From: Vulcanimicrobiota bacterium
GTDB lineage: Bacteria > Vulcanimicrobiota > Vulcanimicrobiia > Vulcanimicrobiales > Vulcanimicrobiaceae
Assembly: GCA_963723515.1 (NCBI GenBank)
Contig: CAVRQT010000002.1
Span: 352,001 to 416,000 of the forward strand
Reading direction: 5' to 3'
Length of the DNA stretch: 64,000 bases
In this document: positions 1-9,846 of the stretch, in pieces
Layout: each line of letters opens with the position of its first letter
Position numbering within the stretch: the stretch's first letter is position 1
Program-made: the position numbers and the translations under genes
Notes under the pieces: model-generated
Database searches by the model: none
The model's input: the letters and a program-made list of their open reading frames with translations, nothing else
What the model was told of the DNA's origin: nothing

Positions 1-409
1 GCTCGTCAAGTCCAACGATCTTAATCCCGTGACGCTCGAGCGCCGGCCAAATTTCATCGCGAAGCACGCGCATTTGGTGCTTCAGCGAGTGGCGTAAGCG
101 CTCTGAAATCGCGCTCAGATGTTCCGCCGGAAGGCGGCCGTCATCTGAACGGCGATGGATCTGCGCTTCGATCTGCTGTTTGATCGCGGCGACGCGAATC
201 ATGAAGAATTCGTCGAGATTCGTGCCATAAATGGCGATGAATTTGAGGCGTTCGAGCAGCGGCACGCGTTCATCGGCGGCTTCCTCGAGAACGCGATCGT
301 TGAACTCGAGCCATGAAAGTTCGCGGCTGAAATACAGCGACGGATCGTCTAACGGACGAACCGGCGGCTGCAGCGAGCTTGCAGCGGCGACTTCCGGGCT
401 CTTAAGCAT
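1..409 (-). CDS. ppk1: Polyphosphate kinase 1, N-terminal part (runs off window)
   Basis: Manual minus-strand translation from ATG 409 gives MLKSPEVAAASSLQPPVRPLDDPSLYFSRELSWLEFNDRVLEEAADERVPLLERLKFIAIYGTNLDEFFMIRVA, the PPK1 N-terminal signature. Confidence 0.95.
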   Translation of the reverse strand, partial: MLKSPEVAAASSLQPPVRPLDDPSLYFSRELSWLEFNDRVLEEAADERVPLLERLKFIAIYGTNLDEFFMIRVAAIKQQIEAQIHRRSDDGRLPAEHLSAISERLRHSLKHQMRVLRDEIWPALERHGIKIVGLDE

Positions 410-490
410 GGGTTTGCACTACTTCAACGGCGGCGCGGCTGATCCCATGTACGTTGCAAGACTCCGGCGAGCACTCCTTAAGATAAAGAT

Positions 491-1098
491 GTGATATCGC
501 TGCGCGATCTCGCGTCTCATGCGCTGACGCATTTGCAAATGGCGGGCATCGCGCTTGCCGTTGCATCTGCCATCGCATTGCCGCTCGGTACGCTGAGCGC
601 GCATCTCAATCGATTGCGCGGCACCGTCTTGGGTGTGGCCAACGTTGGCCGCGTCATACCGAGTCTCGCGATGTTGACCTTCGCGCTGCCGTTCTTAGGC
701 GTCGGTCTGTGGAGCGCCGTCGTCGCTTTGACACTCCTTGCCGATTCCGCCGATTGCAATCAACACGGATCTCGGTTTTCGAGCCGTTCCGGCAGCCGCA
801 ACCGATGCGGCTCGCGGAATGGGCATGACGCGCTGGCAGCAGCTCTTTCGCGTGGAGTGGCCTCTCGCGCTGCCGGTGCTCTTCACCGGCGTCCGAACTG
901 CGAGCACCGAGCTGATCGCGAGCGCAACGCTGGCCGCATTCATCGGGGCCGGCGGATTAGGAGAGTACATCCTGCGCGGATTGCAGGCGAACGATCCGCG
1001 ACTCATTGATCGTCGGCTCTACGGCAGTTGCGTTGCTCGCGATTGCTGTAGAGCTGCTTTTCATCCTCGTCTCGCGCCTTATTGGAGAGCGTTCATGA
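491..1098 (+). CDS. Osmoprotectant (OpuC/YehW-type) ABC permease; frameshifted near 740 and 1010
   Basis: GRVIPSLAML in one frame, then PPIAINT...DAARGMGMTRWQQLFRVEWPLALP and IGAGGLG in the next frame. Confidence 0.85.
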
Positions 1099-1982
1099 GT
1101 CATCTGAGCCGAAAGCAAGTGACGATCTTGATCGGAGCCGCACTGGTGCTGCCGCAATGCAGCAGCCGGCGCGGTAATGCAGTCGCGGTGGGATCGAAAA
1201 ACTTCACGGAGGAGTTCATCATCGCTGAAATCTACGCGCAGGCTCTCGAGCGTGCCGGCCTGACCGTCGTGCGCAAATTCAATCTCGGAAGCACCCAAAT
1301 CGCGATGACGGCACTGCGGCGCGGCGACATCGATCTCTATCCGGAATACACCGGTACGGCGCTGATCGATGTCTTACATCTGCCGCCGATGCATGATCCA
1401 CAAGCGCTCTATCGCCGGGTAAGCGACGAATTTGCGACACGGTTTGCGTTGCGTTGGCTACGGCCATCGCCGATGAACGATTCACAGGGCCTGGCGACCA
1501 CGCAGTCGATTTCAAAGCAGTACGGGATCGCGACGCTCTCACAATTGAGCCGCGTTGCGTCGCAATTGCGGCTGGGAGCGATTCCGGAGTTTTTGAGCCG
1601 CGCTGATGCGCTGCCCGGACTGCAGAAATACTACGGCGGATTTCGCTTCAAAGACGTCAAGACGTACGACATTGGCTTGAAATACCAGGCGTTGCTGCAT
1701 GGCGACGCAGATATCGTGACGGCTTTTACAACCGACGGCGCGCTCGCCGCAAACAATCTCGTCGTGCTCAAAGATGATAAGCACTTCTGGCCGGAGTATC
1801 ACATCGCGCCGGTGGTGCGAATCGATGCACTGCGACGCGCGCCCGCGATTGCAGCGGCACTCAATCGAATCGCGCCTGCCATCAGCGATGCCGCCGCGCG
1901 TTCGATGAATTATGCGGTTGACGTCAAGAAGCAAGACTCCGCCGATGTAGCATCCGCGTTCCTGAAAGGCCAGCGAACCTGA
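1095..1982 (+). CDS. Quaternary-amine ABC substrate-binding lipoprotein (OpuCC/EgtU-like)
   Basis: Signal peptide ending in Cys; VGSKNFTEE, IDLYPEYTGTAL and LKDDKHFWPEY motifs; ATGA overlap with the permease. Confidence 0.9.
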   Translation: MSHLSRKQVTILIGAALVLPQCSSRRGNAVAVGSKNFTEEFIIAEIYAQALERAGLTVVRKFNLGSTQIAMTALRRGDIDLYPEYTGTALIDVLHLPPMHDPQALYRRVSDEFATRFALRWLRPSPMNDSQGLATTQSISKQYGIATLSQLSRVASQLRLGAIPEFLSRADALPGLQKYYGGFRFKDVKTYDIGLKYQALLHGDADIVTAFTTDGALAANNLVVLKDDKHFWPEYHIAPVVRIDALRRAPAIAAALNRIAPAISDAAARSMNYAVDVKKQDSADVASAFLKGQRT

Positions 1983-2945
1983 ACGCATCGGCACACGGTG
2001 CCGCCGTCCGATTCGAAGACGTGAACGTGCGTTATCCGGGCGAGGTTCGGGACGCCGTCGCATCGGCAACGCTCGATATTCCCGCCGGTCAATTCGTCGT
2101 TATCGTCGGGCCCTCGGGTTGCGGTAAGAGCACGCTGCTGCGGACCGTTAATCGCCTGATCGAACCGCGCAGCGGTCGCATCTTTGTGGACGGTCGCGAC
2201 AATGCGAGCATGGACGTCACCGAACTGCGGCGCCACATCGGCTACGTGATTCAAGCGGTCGGCCTCTTTGCGCACATGACAGTAGCGCAAAATATCGCGG
2301 TGGTGCCGAGCTTGCTGCGGTGGGATGCGACACGCACGAGTGAGCGCGTCGACGAATTGCTCAGGCTCGTTCACCTCGATCCCGCGCGTCTACCGAAATC
2401 GCTATCCGCGCGAGCTTTCCGGCGGCGAAGCGCAGCGGGTCGGCGTCGCGCGCGCACTCGCGGCGCGCCCTGGTTTGCTGCTGATGGACGAACCGTTCGG
2501 GGCGGTCGATGCGATCGTGCGCGGATCGCTGCAAGCGCAGACGAAGCAGATCGCGCAGCTGCTCGATACGACGATCCTCTTCGTTACGCACGACGTCGAC
2601 GAGGCGCTGAAGTTAGCCGATCGGATGGTCATCATGTCGCAAGGACGGATCGTACAGGAAGGCACGCCGCTCGAGATCCTCACGAAACCTTCATCGGATT
2701 TCGTCGCGCAACTGCTCGATGCACACGACGTCGTTCGCCGGTTGCAGTTGCTTCGCGTCGCCGACGCGATGCGGCCCGGCGCCCCGGCAACCGATGGACA
2801 AGCGATCGACAACCAAGCGACGCTCAGAGAATCGCTCAACGCCTTCTTGCAGGGCGCGGATGCTTTGACGGTCCTCAAAGATCAGGCACCGGTCGGCACG
2901 CTGCATTTTGCCGATGTGCAACGCGTGATCGAAGGCAAGCAATGA
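1979..2945 (+). CDS. ABC ATP-binding subunit (OpuCA-like) with C-terminal CBS-like region; frameshift near 2385; start uncertain (CTG 1979 or GTG 2021)
   Basis: Walker A GPSGCGKST, LSGGEAQRV, LLMDEPFGAVD and FVTHD across two frames. Confidence 0.9.
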
Positions 2946-3566
2946 CGTATATGATGCGGCACGCCGGTCAAGTCGGGGTCTATTCCGGACAGCATATCGT
3001 GCTGGTCGTTGTTTCGCTGGCGCTCGCAAGCACGATTGCGTTGCCGCTGGGAATCGTAGCGGCGCGAAATCGGCACTTCGGTACGCCGCTGCTCGGCGTG
3101 CTGGGCGCGATCTACACGATTCCCAGCCTCGCCATCCTCGCGCTGCTCGTGCAATACGTCGGCCTCGGGTTTTGGACCGCAATCGTCATGCTCGTCATCT
3201 ACGCGCAGTTCATCCTCGTCCGCAACATCGCAACTGGAATTCGCGCGGTGCCGGCTGCGCAAGTTGACGCGGCCATAGGCGCTTGGCATGACGCCGTTCC
3301 AGCGGTTGCTCAAAGTTGAATTACGGCAAGCGTTTCCGATCATGCTCGGCGGTGTGCGCATCGCAACGGTTGCTCTGATCGCGATCGCGACGCTCGCCGC
3401 TTACGTGAATGCCGGAGGGCTCGGCGTCATGATCTTCGGCGGATTAGAGCAGGACTATATCCCAAAGACGATTGCCGGGAGCGTTCCGGCGATGTTCCTC
3501 GCGCTGATCGCCGATGCGCTGCTTCGCCTTTGGGAGCGCGCCGCTACGCGCAGCGTCTACGGCTGA
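2942..3566 (+). CDS. Second osmoprotectant ABC permease; frameshift near 3280
   Basis: YTIPSLAIL, VDAAIG..MTPFQRLLKVEL, NAGGLG. Confidence 0.85.
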
Positions 3567-5620
3567 AGATACCGTCCCATAAAGTCGGAGAGAATGTGAA
3601 GGCGTTCGACGCGATGAATCGGCGAGCCGGTCCGCGAGAGATCGTGATTCTCGCCCGGAACCTCGACGTACTCAACCGGTCGTCCTAAAATCTTGAGCGC
3701 CGAAAATTCTTGCAGCGTCTGATCGACAGGCGTGCGCGTGTCTTCGGTAGAGTGGAGGATCAGCAGCGGCGTGTGAACGTTGTTCACGTACGTCAGCGGC
3801 GACTGGAGCGCCATCGTGTTTCGCGGTTCCCACGGCGCTCCCCAATCGTACGTTCCGCCGAGCGCATTCGTTGACGCGAGATCCGCGGCGAGTTGCTCGG
3901 ACTCAATGTTGCTGACCACGCGTTCGGCAATCGCCGCTTTGTAGCGATTCGTATGCGCGATGACCCACAGCGTCGCGTAGCCGCCATAACTTCCGCCTAA
4001 AACACCTAAGCGGTTCGTGTCAACATCGGACCGCCGCGATACCGCATCCATGACGTCCGAAACGTCCTCGAACATCGCATCGCCCCAGTGGTGCATCAGC
4101 GCCTCTTCAAAAGGATACCCGAAGCCGACGCTGCCGCGCGGATCGGGGAAGACGACGTTGTAACCGAGGCCGGCCCAGTATTGAAATTCCGCAAAGAAGC
4201 TGTTGCCGAATTCCGTTTCGGGGCCGCCATGGATATCGAGCAGAGTCGGTCGCGGCCCTCGGGAGCGCGAACCCACGGCGGGCATGAACCATGCCGTCAC
4301 GTTGTAGCCGGCTGAATCTCTCACCGTGAGCGGCTGAGGCGTCGAAAGCAAAATCGAGCGCAAGAATGCATCGTTAAAGGATGTCAATTGACGTGGATGC
4401 GGATCGCTCGTTGAAATCACGTAGATTTCGGCGGGGCGCAAGAAGTCCGAGAACGCATAGGCGATCGTCTTACCGTCCCCGCTGACCGAACAGTTGAATG
4501 CTTCACCATTCGCGCCGGTCAAATCGGTGAGCGCGCCGCTGCTTGTATCGACTTTAACGAGCTTGCTGTAGCCCGGTGCGCTAACGTTGGTAATGAAGAA
4601 TCGGTCGTTCGGCGCAAACCACGGTCCGCACAATCCGCCGCCCTCTTTCGTGTCCGTAATGACAGCGTCGCCCCACGCATACGTATTCTTCGGAATCAGT
4701 TGCCGAACGTCGCTGCCATCGGGGTTGCTCGAAACGATCGCCGGATACTGCGCCGGATCGTCCACACCGCCGGTAAAGTACCAGAGTCGCTGCGAGGTAT
4801 GTCCGTGCGTCGGCCCATCGTTGGCGAGCTGATTTGAACGCAGCGGCAGCATTGCGCCACCGGTGACGGGAATCGTGTAGATGTCGTCTTCCCCCAGCGT
4901 CGGTGGATCGCGCCGCAGCGAGTTGAATGCGAGCGTTCGATCGTCCGGCGAGAAGTCGTAGTTTCCTTCCGACCACGGGCCGCTCGTCAAGGCGCGTTGA
5001 TGCGAACCATCGGCATTCATCATCCAGATGTGGCGGTGAAAGCGGTAGACTTCACCCGCGCCGTTGACTTCGAAATGCATCGTGTTGATAAAGCCAACGT
5101 CGCTGTGGCGTTGATTTTTCTTGGGCGTGAAGCCCGCGGCACGAAAATCGATTTGCGCGGGCTGCGGCGGATCGATGCTGGTGGCGCTAAATGCGATCAG
5201 GGTGCCATGATTGGAGTAGAGGGGACCACCCGCGCCGCCTTTGAGATTCGTCAACCGGTTGATGCGGCCGTTCCGCAAATCGTAAACGTAGATTTGCGGC
5301 CGCGCTTTCTTCGCGCTCCGGACGAAGGCGATGTGCATGTTGTCCGGCGACCACGTCGGGCTCGAGTCTCGTCCGCCGGTCGTCAATTGCCGCGGTGGGC
5401 CGCCGCGGGTTGATACGAGCCAAAGATTTGTGTCGTAGCGATTTTGCGGACCGTTCATGCGCGAAACGACGAAGGCAATGCGCGAGCCGTCGGCCGAGAT
5501 CTGCGGACTCGAGATATAGGAGAGTTTGAAGAGATCTTCCGCGGCCATCGGCCGCGCCGCCGAAGCGATGCCGCACAGTGCGATCAGCAGCGCTGCCGCG
5601 AAACCAACGATTCGAATCAC
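3557..5620 (-). CDS. Secreted S9-family (prolyl oligopeptidase/acylaminoacyl) peptidase
   Basis: Signal peptide, TolB-like propeller repeats, IHGGP, GGSYGG nucleophile, EDTRTP Asp, ENHDL His; GTGA overlap with egtD. Confidence 0.92.
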   Translation of the reverse strand: MIRIVGFAAALLIALCGIASAARPMAAEDLFKLSYISSPQISADGSRIAFVVSRMNGPQNRYDTNLWLVSTRGGPPRQLTTGGRDSSPTWSPDNMHIAFVRSAKKARPQIYVYDLRNGRINRLTNLKGGAGGPLYSNHGTLIAFSATSIDPPQPAQIDFRAAGFTPKKNQRHSDVGFINTMHFEVNGAGEVYRFHRHIWMMNADGSHQRALTSGPWSEGNYDFSPDDRTLAFNSLRRDPPTLGEDDIYTIPVTGGAMLPLRSNQLANDGPTHGHTSQRLWYFTGGVDDPAQYPAIVSSNPDGSDVRQLIPKNTYAWGDAVITDTKEGGGLCGPWFAPNDRFFITNVSAPGYSKLVKVDTSSGALTDLTGANGEAFNCSVSGDGKTIAYAFSDFLRPAEIYVISTSDPHPRQLTSFNDAFLRSILLSTPQPLTVRDSAGYNVTAWFMPAVGSRSRGPRPTLLDIHGGPETEFGNSFFAEFQYWAGLGYNVVFPDPRGSVGFGYPFEEALMHHWGDAMFEDVSDVMDAVSRRSDVDTNRLGVLGGSYGGYATLWVIAHTNRYKAAIAERVVSNIESEQLAADLASTNALGGTYDWGAPWEPRNTMALQSPLTYVNNVHTPLLILHSTEDTRTPVDQTLQEFSALKILGRPVEYVEVPGENHDLSRTGSPIHRVERLHILSDFMGRYLQP

Positions 5621-6618
5621 GATTTCAAAAAGAGATTCACGGTATAGTATCGCCTCCGCCCAAACCACGTTTTTGTCAACGCCAAGCCGGCTTCTTTTCC
5701 CGCGGCCGTCAATTCATCGATCGTAAATTTGTACGACGATTCGGTATGCAGCGGCTCGCCGGCTTCGAAATCAACGTCGAGGCCGAGCTTTTCAACGTGC
5801 ACCCGCTGCTTCTTTTGAGAGACTAGGAAGGAGTCGACGGCGCCGCGCCCTTCGTCGTAGTGTGCCTTATGCTCGAAGGAGCGAAGGTCGAAATCTGCAC
5901 CGAGCTCCCGGTTCAATCGACCCAAAAGGTTCTTATTGAAGGCCGCCGTCACGCCGGTCGGATCGTTGTACGCAAGTTCGAGCGTCGCGGCATCCTTACG
6001 AAGATCGGCCCCCACCAGCAATCCATCGCCGCGCTCGAGCGAAGCCGCAATCGCGGCAAAAAGCCGTTGCCGAACGCGCGGTTCGTAGTTGCCGATGTTC
6101 GAACCGAGCAGCAGCGCGAGCGCAGGATGACGTAACTCGAGATCGCGTGAGCCGAGAATCGTGAAGTAGTCGGCGGCATACGCCCGCACGCTCAAACGCG
6201 GATACGCATCGACCAAAGCCTCGGCGGACGAGCGCAGGGCATCGGCGGAGATGTCGATCGGGCAGTAGCGCAATGACGATTGCAGTCGCAGCGTCTCTTC
6301 GATCAGCAGCCGCGTTTTGACCGCGCTGCCGCTGCCGAGTTCCATGAGTTCGACCGGCGAGCGCACGAGGCGCACGATCTCCCAGCCGAACTCGCGCAAA
6401 ATTTCTGTTTCCGCGGCCGTTAAATAGTATTCGGGAAGCCGCGTAATCGCATCGAAGAGCGCCGAGCCCAATTCGTCGTAGAAGTATTTCGGCGAAAGCT
6501 GTTTAGGCTGCGCGAGCAAACCGCGACGCACGTCTTGCGCGAACGTTGCGTCGTTTGCGGGCTGCGAAGCAGTGACGATTTCCAAACGATTGGAAATCCG
6601 GCTAAGTGCTGCGCACAT
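5617..6618 (-). CDS. egtD: L-histidine N(alpha)-methyltransferase
   Basis: KQLSPKYFYDELGSALFDAITRLPEYYLT, ELGSGSAVKT, AYNDPTGVTAAFNKNLL, LHTESSYKF. Confidence 0.93.
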   Translation of the reverse strand: MCAALSRISNRLEIVTASQPANDATFAQDVRRGLLAQPKQLSPKYFYDELGSALFDAITRLPEYYLTAAETEILREFGWEIVRLVRSPVELMELGSGSAVKTRLLIEETLRLQSSLRYCPIDISADALRSSAEALVDAYPRLSVRAYAADYFTILGSRDLELRHPALALLLGSNIGNYEPRVRQRLFAAIAASLERGDGLLVGADLRKDAATLELAYNDPTGVTAAFNKNLLGRLNRELGADFDLRSFEHKAHYDEGRGAVDSFLVSQKKQRVHVEKLGLDVDFEAGEPLHTESSYKFTIDELTAAGKEAGLALTKTWFGRRRYYTVNLFLKS

Positions 6619-6695
6619 GAAGCTCCTCTCTTGCAGCCAAAAGCGTCCCGAGGTAACGGGGGCAGGCTCACGAACTGCTCCCGCCGGAGGAGCAC

Positions 6696-7433
6696 ATGAC
6701 CGTACTTAACTCGGATATTACCATTAACGTCGGCGGTTCCTCAATGCCGGCCTATATCGCGCGGCCCGATCCGGCATCGGGGCCTCACTCGGCTGTGATC
6801 GTGTTGCAAGAGATCTACGGCGTCAATAAAGAGATGAAGCGCATCACGGATCTCGTGGCGAGCGTCGGGTACGTGGGCCTTGCGCTCAACTTCTACCACC
6901 GCACCGATCCCGCACATTTTCAACCTTACACGAATGAAGGAACAGAAAAAGGATTCCAAATCGCCGGCACGGTTGGAAGAGAGACGCTCCGTCAGGACGT
7001 CACCGCGGCGATACAATATCTGAATGCGCAAGATTACGTTAAGAAGGGGAAGATCGCAACGTGGGGCTTTTGCTTCGGCGGGTCAGTTGCATTTGTGACG
7101 GCGACGCTGCCGGGTTTAGCGGGTGCGGTGTGTTTTTACGGCGGCAGCATCGCGCAGCCGTTTCCAAATGGTGAGCCGGAAGGCCTCACGGATGCAAGCG
7201 ACGTCAAATGTCCGCTGCTCTTGGTGTATGGCGAAGACGATCCGTACATCAGCGCCGACGATTGCGCGCGCACAAATCAGGCGTTGGCGCAAGCCGGCAA
7301 AGATTTCCAGATTCAGGAATATCCCGGGGTCGGTCATGCCTTCTTCCGTGAGAGTACGGAGCACATGCAGTCCGCCGTTGTTGCCGATGCATGGGATCTG
7401 GTGCAAGCGTTTTTCAAACGCGTTTTTGCCTAG
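6696..7433 (+). CDS. Dienelactone hydrolase family protein
   Basis: LQEIYGVN, GFCFGG nucleophile, YPGVGHAF; GGAGG ribosome-binding site. Confidence 0.92.
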   Translation: MTVLNSDITINVGGSSMPAYIARPDPASGPHSAVIVLQEIYGVNKEMKRITDLVASVGYVGLALNFYHRTDPAHFQPYTNEGTEKGFQIAGTVGRETLRQDVTAAIQYLNAQDYVKKGKIATWGFCFGGSVAFVTATLPGLAGAVCFYGGSIAQPFPNGEPEGLTDASDVKCPLLLVYGEDDPYISADDCARTNQALAQAGKDFQIQEYPGVGHAFFRESTEHMQSAVVADAWDLVQAFFKRVFA

Positions 7434-8088
7434 TCTCGCTTAAGATCCGCGCCCAGCGCTCGTAAACATAACCGACGTATTCCTGCGTTTCCGCATATGG
7501 CGGAACGCCGTGGTAGGCCTTGACCGCTTGCGGACCGGCGTTGTACGCGGCTAACGCCGCAGCATACGGATCGCCGTAGAGGCCGCGATACCGATTCAGA
7601 TACCCGCCAAGCAATTGTGCCGCACCATTCAAGGCGGAGTTAACGTCGAACGGATCCACGCCGTTCGCATCCGCCGTTTCGATCGTAAATTGTGCGATTC
7701 CAACCGCGCCCGCAATTGAGAGCGCGTTCGGATCGAACGCGGATTCTTGCAACATTGTGGCGCAAAAGAACTGCGGATCGAGACTGGCTCCTTGGGCGGC
7801 GTTGAGCGCCACGTCCGCCAGGTAGACTGCATCGAACGGGCCGAGTCGAGGGTTGCTGCGTTGAATCGAATGGGCTACGGCAAGATTCGCGTTCGCGAAG
7901 GGCGCTCCATCACGAAGCAGCGTTAGGCCGGCGGGCGCCGTTATGCGCGCCGTCAGGTGCCAGCTTCGCGCGGTAACGCCGATGCGCTGAATGCGCGGAG
8001 GGCCGACCGGCTTGCGGAGGCCTTCTCCGGAGGGCGCGCCCGAGCAAGCGCACAACATTGCTCCGGCGGCAAGCAAGACGAGCGTCAC
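7414..8088 (-). CDS. Lytic transglycosylase (SLT domain) lipoprotein; start uncertain
   Basis: QESAFDPNALS, GAVGIAQF, ALAAYNAG, PPYAETQEYV. Confidence 0.88.
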   Translation of the reverse strand: MTLVLLAAGAMLCACSGAPSGEGLRKPVGPPRIQRIGVTARSWHLTARITAPAGLTLLRDGAPFANANLAVAHSIQRSNPRLGPFDAVYLADVALNAAQGASLDPQFFCATMLQESAFDPNALSIAGAVGIAQFTIETADANGVDPFDVNSALNGAAQLLGGYLNRYRGLYGDPYAAALAAYNAGPQAVKAYHGVPPYAETQEYVGYVYERWARILSETRQKRV

Positions 8089-8105
8089 GCAGAAGGGGCC
8101 GAAAA

Positions 8106-8648
8106 ATGGAGTTCGCACCGGCCGGCTACGCCTTAGTGAGCGCGATCATCGTTCTGGTCGCCGGCGACTTTGCATCGACGTTCTTCTACCACGTTCCGCA
8201 GCATCTGTGGTTCACGCTCCACCTGCGAACGCATCACGATCGCCGAAGAACCTATTGGGACCATGCGGTGATTTCGCGCGATCCGGCCGTACTGCTCGAC
8301 GGCTTCCTGGGCGCGCTTCCTTATGTGGCCATCGCAGCATTATTGTGGCGTATCTCCTGGCAAGGGGCGCTAATCGGATTGGCGCTTGGGCAACTGCATG
8401 TCTGGTGGCGACACACGACGGATCTTGGCTGGCAAACTCCCGCATCGCTGCGCAAAGCCGCGCGGACCTTTGCGATCGTTCTCCCCGAAGACCACGACGG
8501 CCACCACCGTAACCCGGCGACGGAATTTGGGGACATCTTCCGATTCTTTGATGCGCCCGCTCGCGCGCTCATCGCGGTCCTCGAGCCGACGAGCCGCCAA
8601 CACCGCAACGCAACGCTCCGTGTCCAGCGTTCACCGGCACGGACCTAA
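8106..8648 (+). CDS. Fatty acid hydroxylase/sterol desaturase family membrane protein
   Basis: His boxes YHVPQH, HLRTHH, HVWWRH and HDGHH with transmembrane segments. Confidence 0.75.
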   Translation: MEFAPAGYALVSAIIVLVAGDFASTFFYHVPQHLWFTLHLRTHHDRRRTYWDHAVISRDPAVLLDGFLGALPYVAIAALLWRISWQGALIGLALGQLHVWWRHTTDLGWQTPASLRKAARTFAIVLPEDHDGHHRNPATEFGDIFRFFDAPARALIAVLEPTSRQHRNATLRVQRSPART

Positions 8649-8658
8649 GCAAAGCCAA

Positions 8659-9846
8659 ATGCTCCGGCGCGCGCTGTTTCTGATCTCCGATACCGGAGGG
8701 GGACACCGCAGCGCCGCAACAGCCATCACGGCGGCACTCGATGAGATCGCGTCGCCTCATTTCGAACATCAGATTGAGGACGTCGCAGCGCACTGCGCTT
8801 TTCCATTAACGCAATTAGGGTTCGCTTACAGTGCGGCACTCCGCTTTGCCCCGCCGGTGTACGGCGCGCTGTACTATGCAACAAACGGACGCCGCCGCTA
8901 TCGCGCGCTGGTGCGCTTCTGCGAGCCGCTCTATCGTGAACGCCTGCGTGATTTGTTCTTGACGTATCGTCCGGATGTGATCGTCGCGGTGCATCCGCTG
9001 CTGAACCATGCGGCCTTGCGCGCTCGCGCCGATGCGCGCATGATGGATGTTCCACTCGTAACGGTCATCACCGACCTCGGCAAAGTGCACGAGTCATGGC
9101 TGACGCCCGAAGCGGACGCGATTGTCGTTCCGGCGCGCGAAGTTTACGAACGAGCCTTATCGCGCGGCGTGCCGCCGTCGCGCTTGCGCATGTTAGGGCA
9201 GCCGATTCATCCGAAATTCGAAGATGTGCGCGCCAGCAAGGCGCAACTGCGGCGGGCACTGGGTCTGCCGGCCGATGCATTTGTTACGCTGCTGATGGCG
9301 GGCGGCGAAGGCGGCGGAAAATTGCTGTCGACGACGCTGGCGCTCGCAAAATCGGGCATCGAGATGTTCTTGATCGTGGTTTGTGGCCGAAATGCGGCCT
9401 TGCAAAGCAAATTGGAAGAGTTAGCGCCCACGTTCAATATGCGCACGCGCGTGCTCGGCTACACGGATGCGATTCCCTCATTGATGCGCGCCGCGGATCT
9501 GCTGGTGACGAAAGCCGGCCCCGGTTCACTCGCCGAGGCGAACGTGGCGCAAGTTCCGATCGTCGTGTACGACTATGTGCCAGGTCAAGAGCGCGGCAAT
9601 ATTGACTTCGTCCGCCGCAACGGCATCGGCCTCGTCGCCCTGCATATTTCTCAAGCGGTCGCGGCCGTTCGACTGCTGCGCGAGCATCCGGAGCGTCTCG
9701 CAGGGATGCGCGCCCGCCAATCGGAGATCGCGCCGCATCACAGTGCGCGGCGCATTGCGCGTTTGATCGCGCAGATCACAACAGAACGCACGTTGCCGAG
9801 CGACGGCGCGCTCTACCAGCCGCTGCCGGCAGTCGCTTCACTTTAA
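8659..9846 (+). CDS. MGDG synthase/UgtP-like GT28 glycosyltransferase
   Basis: DTGGGHRSAA, VHPLLNH, TVITD, ADLLVTKAGPGSLAEA, VPGQERGN. Confidence 0.88.
   Translation: MLRRALFLISDTGGGHRSAATAITAALDEIASPHFEHQIEDVAAHCAFPLTQLGFAYSAALRFAPPVYGALYYATNGRRRYRALVRFCEPLYRERLRDLFLTYRPDVIVAVHPLLNHAALRARADARMMDVPLVTVITDLGKVHESWLTPEADAIVVPAREVYERALSRGVPPSRLRMLGQPIHPKFEDVRASKAQLRRALGLPADAFVTLLMAGGEGGGKLLSTTLALAKSGIEMFLIVVCGRNAALQSKLEELAPTFNMRTRVLGYTDAIPSLMRAADLLVTKAGPGSLAEANVAQVPIVVYDYVPGQERGNIDFVRRNGIGLVALHISQAVAAVRLLREHPERLAGMRARQSEIAPHHSARRIARLIAQITTERTLPSDGALYQPLPAVASL

Noticed and set aside
231..494. 87-aa plus-strand ORF
   Set aside because: It is the antisense shadow of ppk1. Most other overlapping ORFs in the track were dismissed as similar GC-rich shadows.
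738..1982. EgtU-like permease/binding-protein fusion
   Set aside because: The fusion results from an indel near 1010; a separate ATG at 1095 with a signal peptide overlaps the permease stop.
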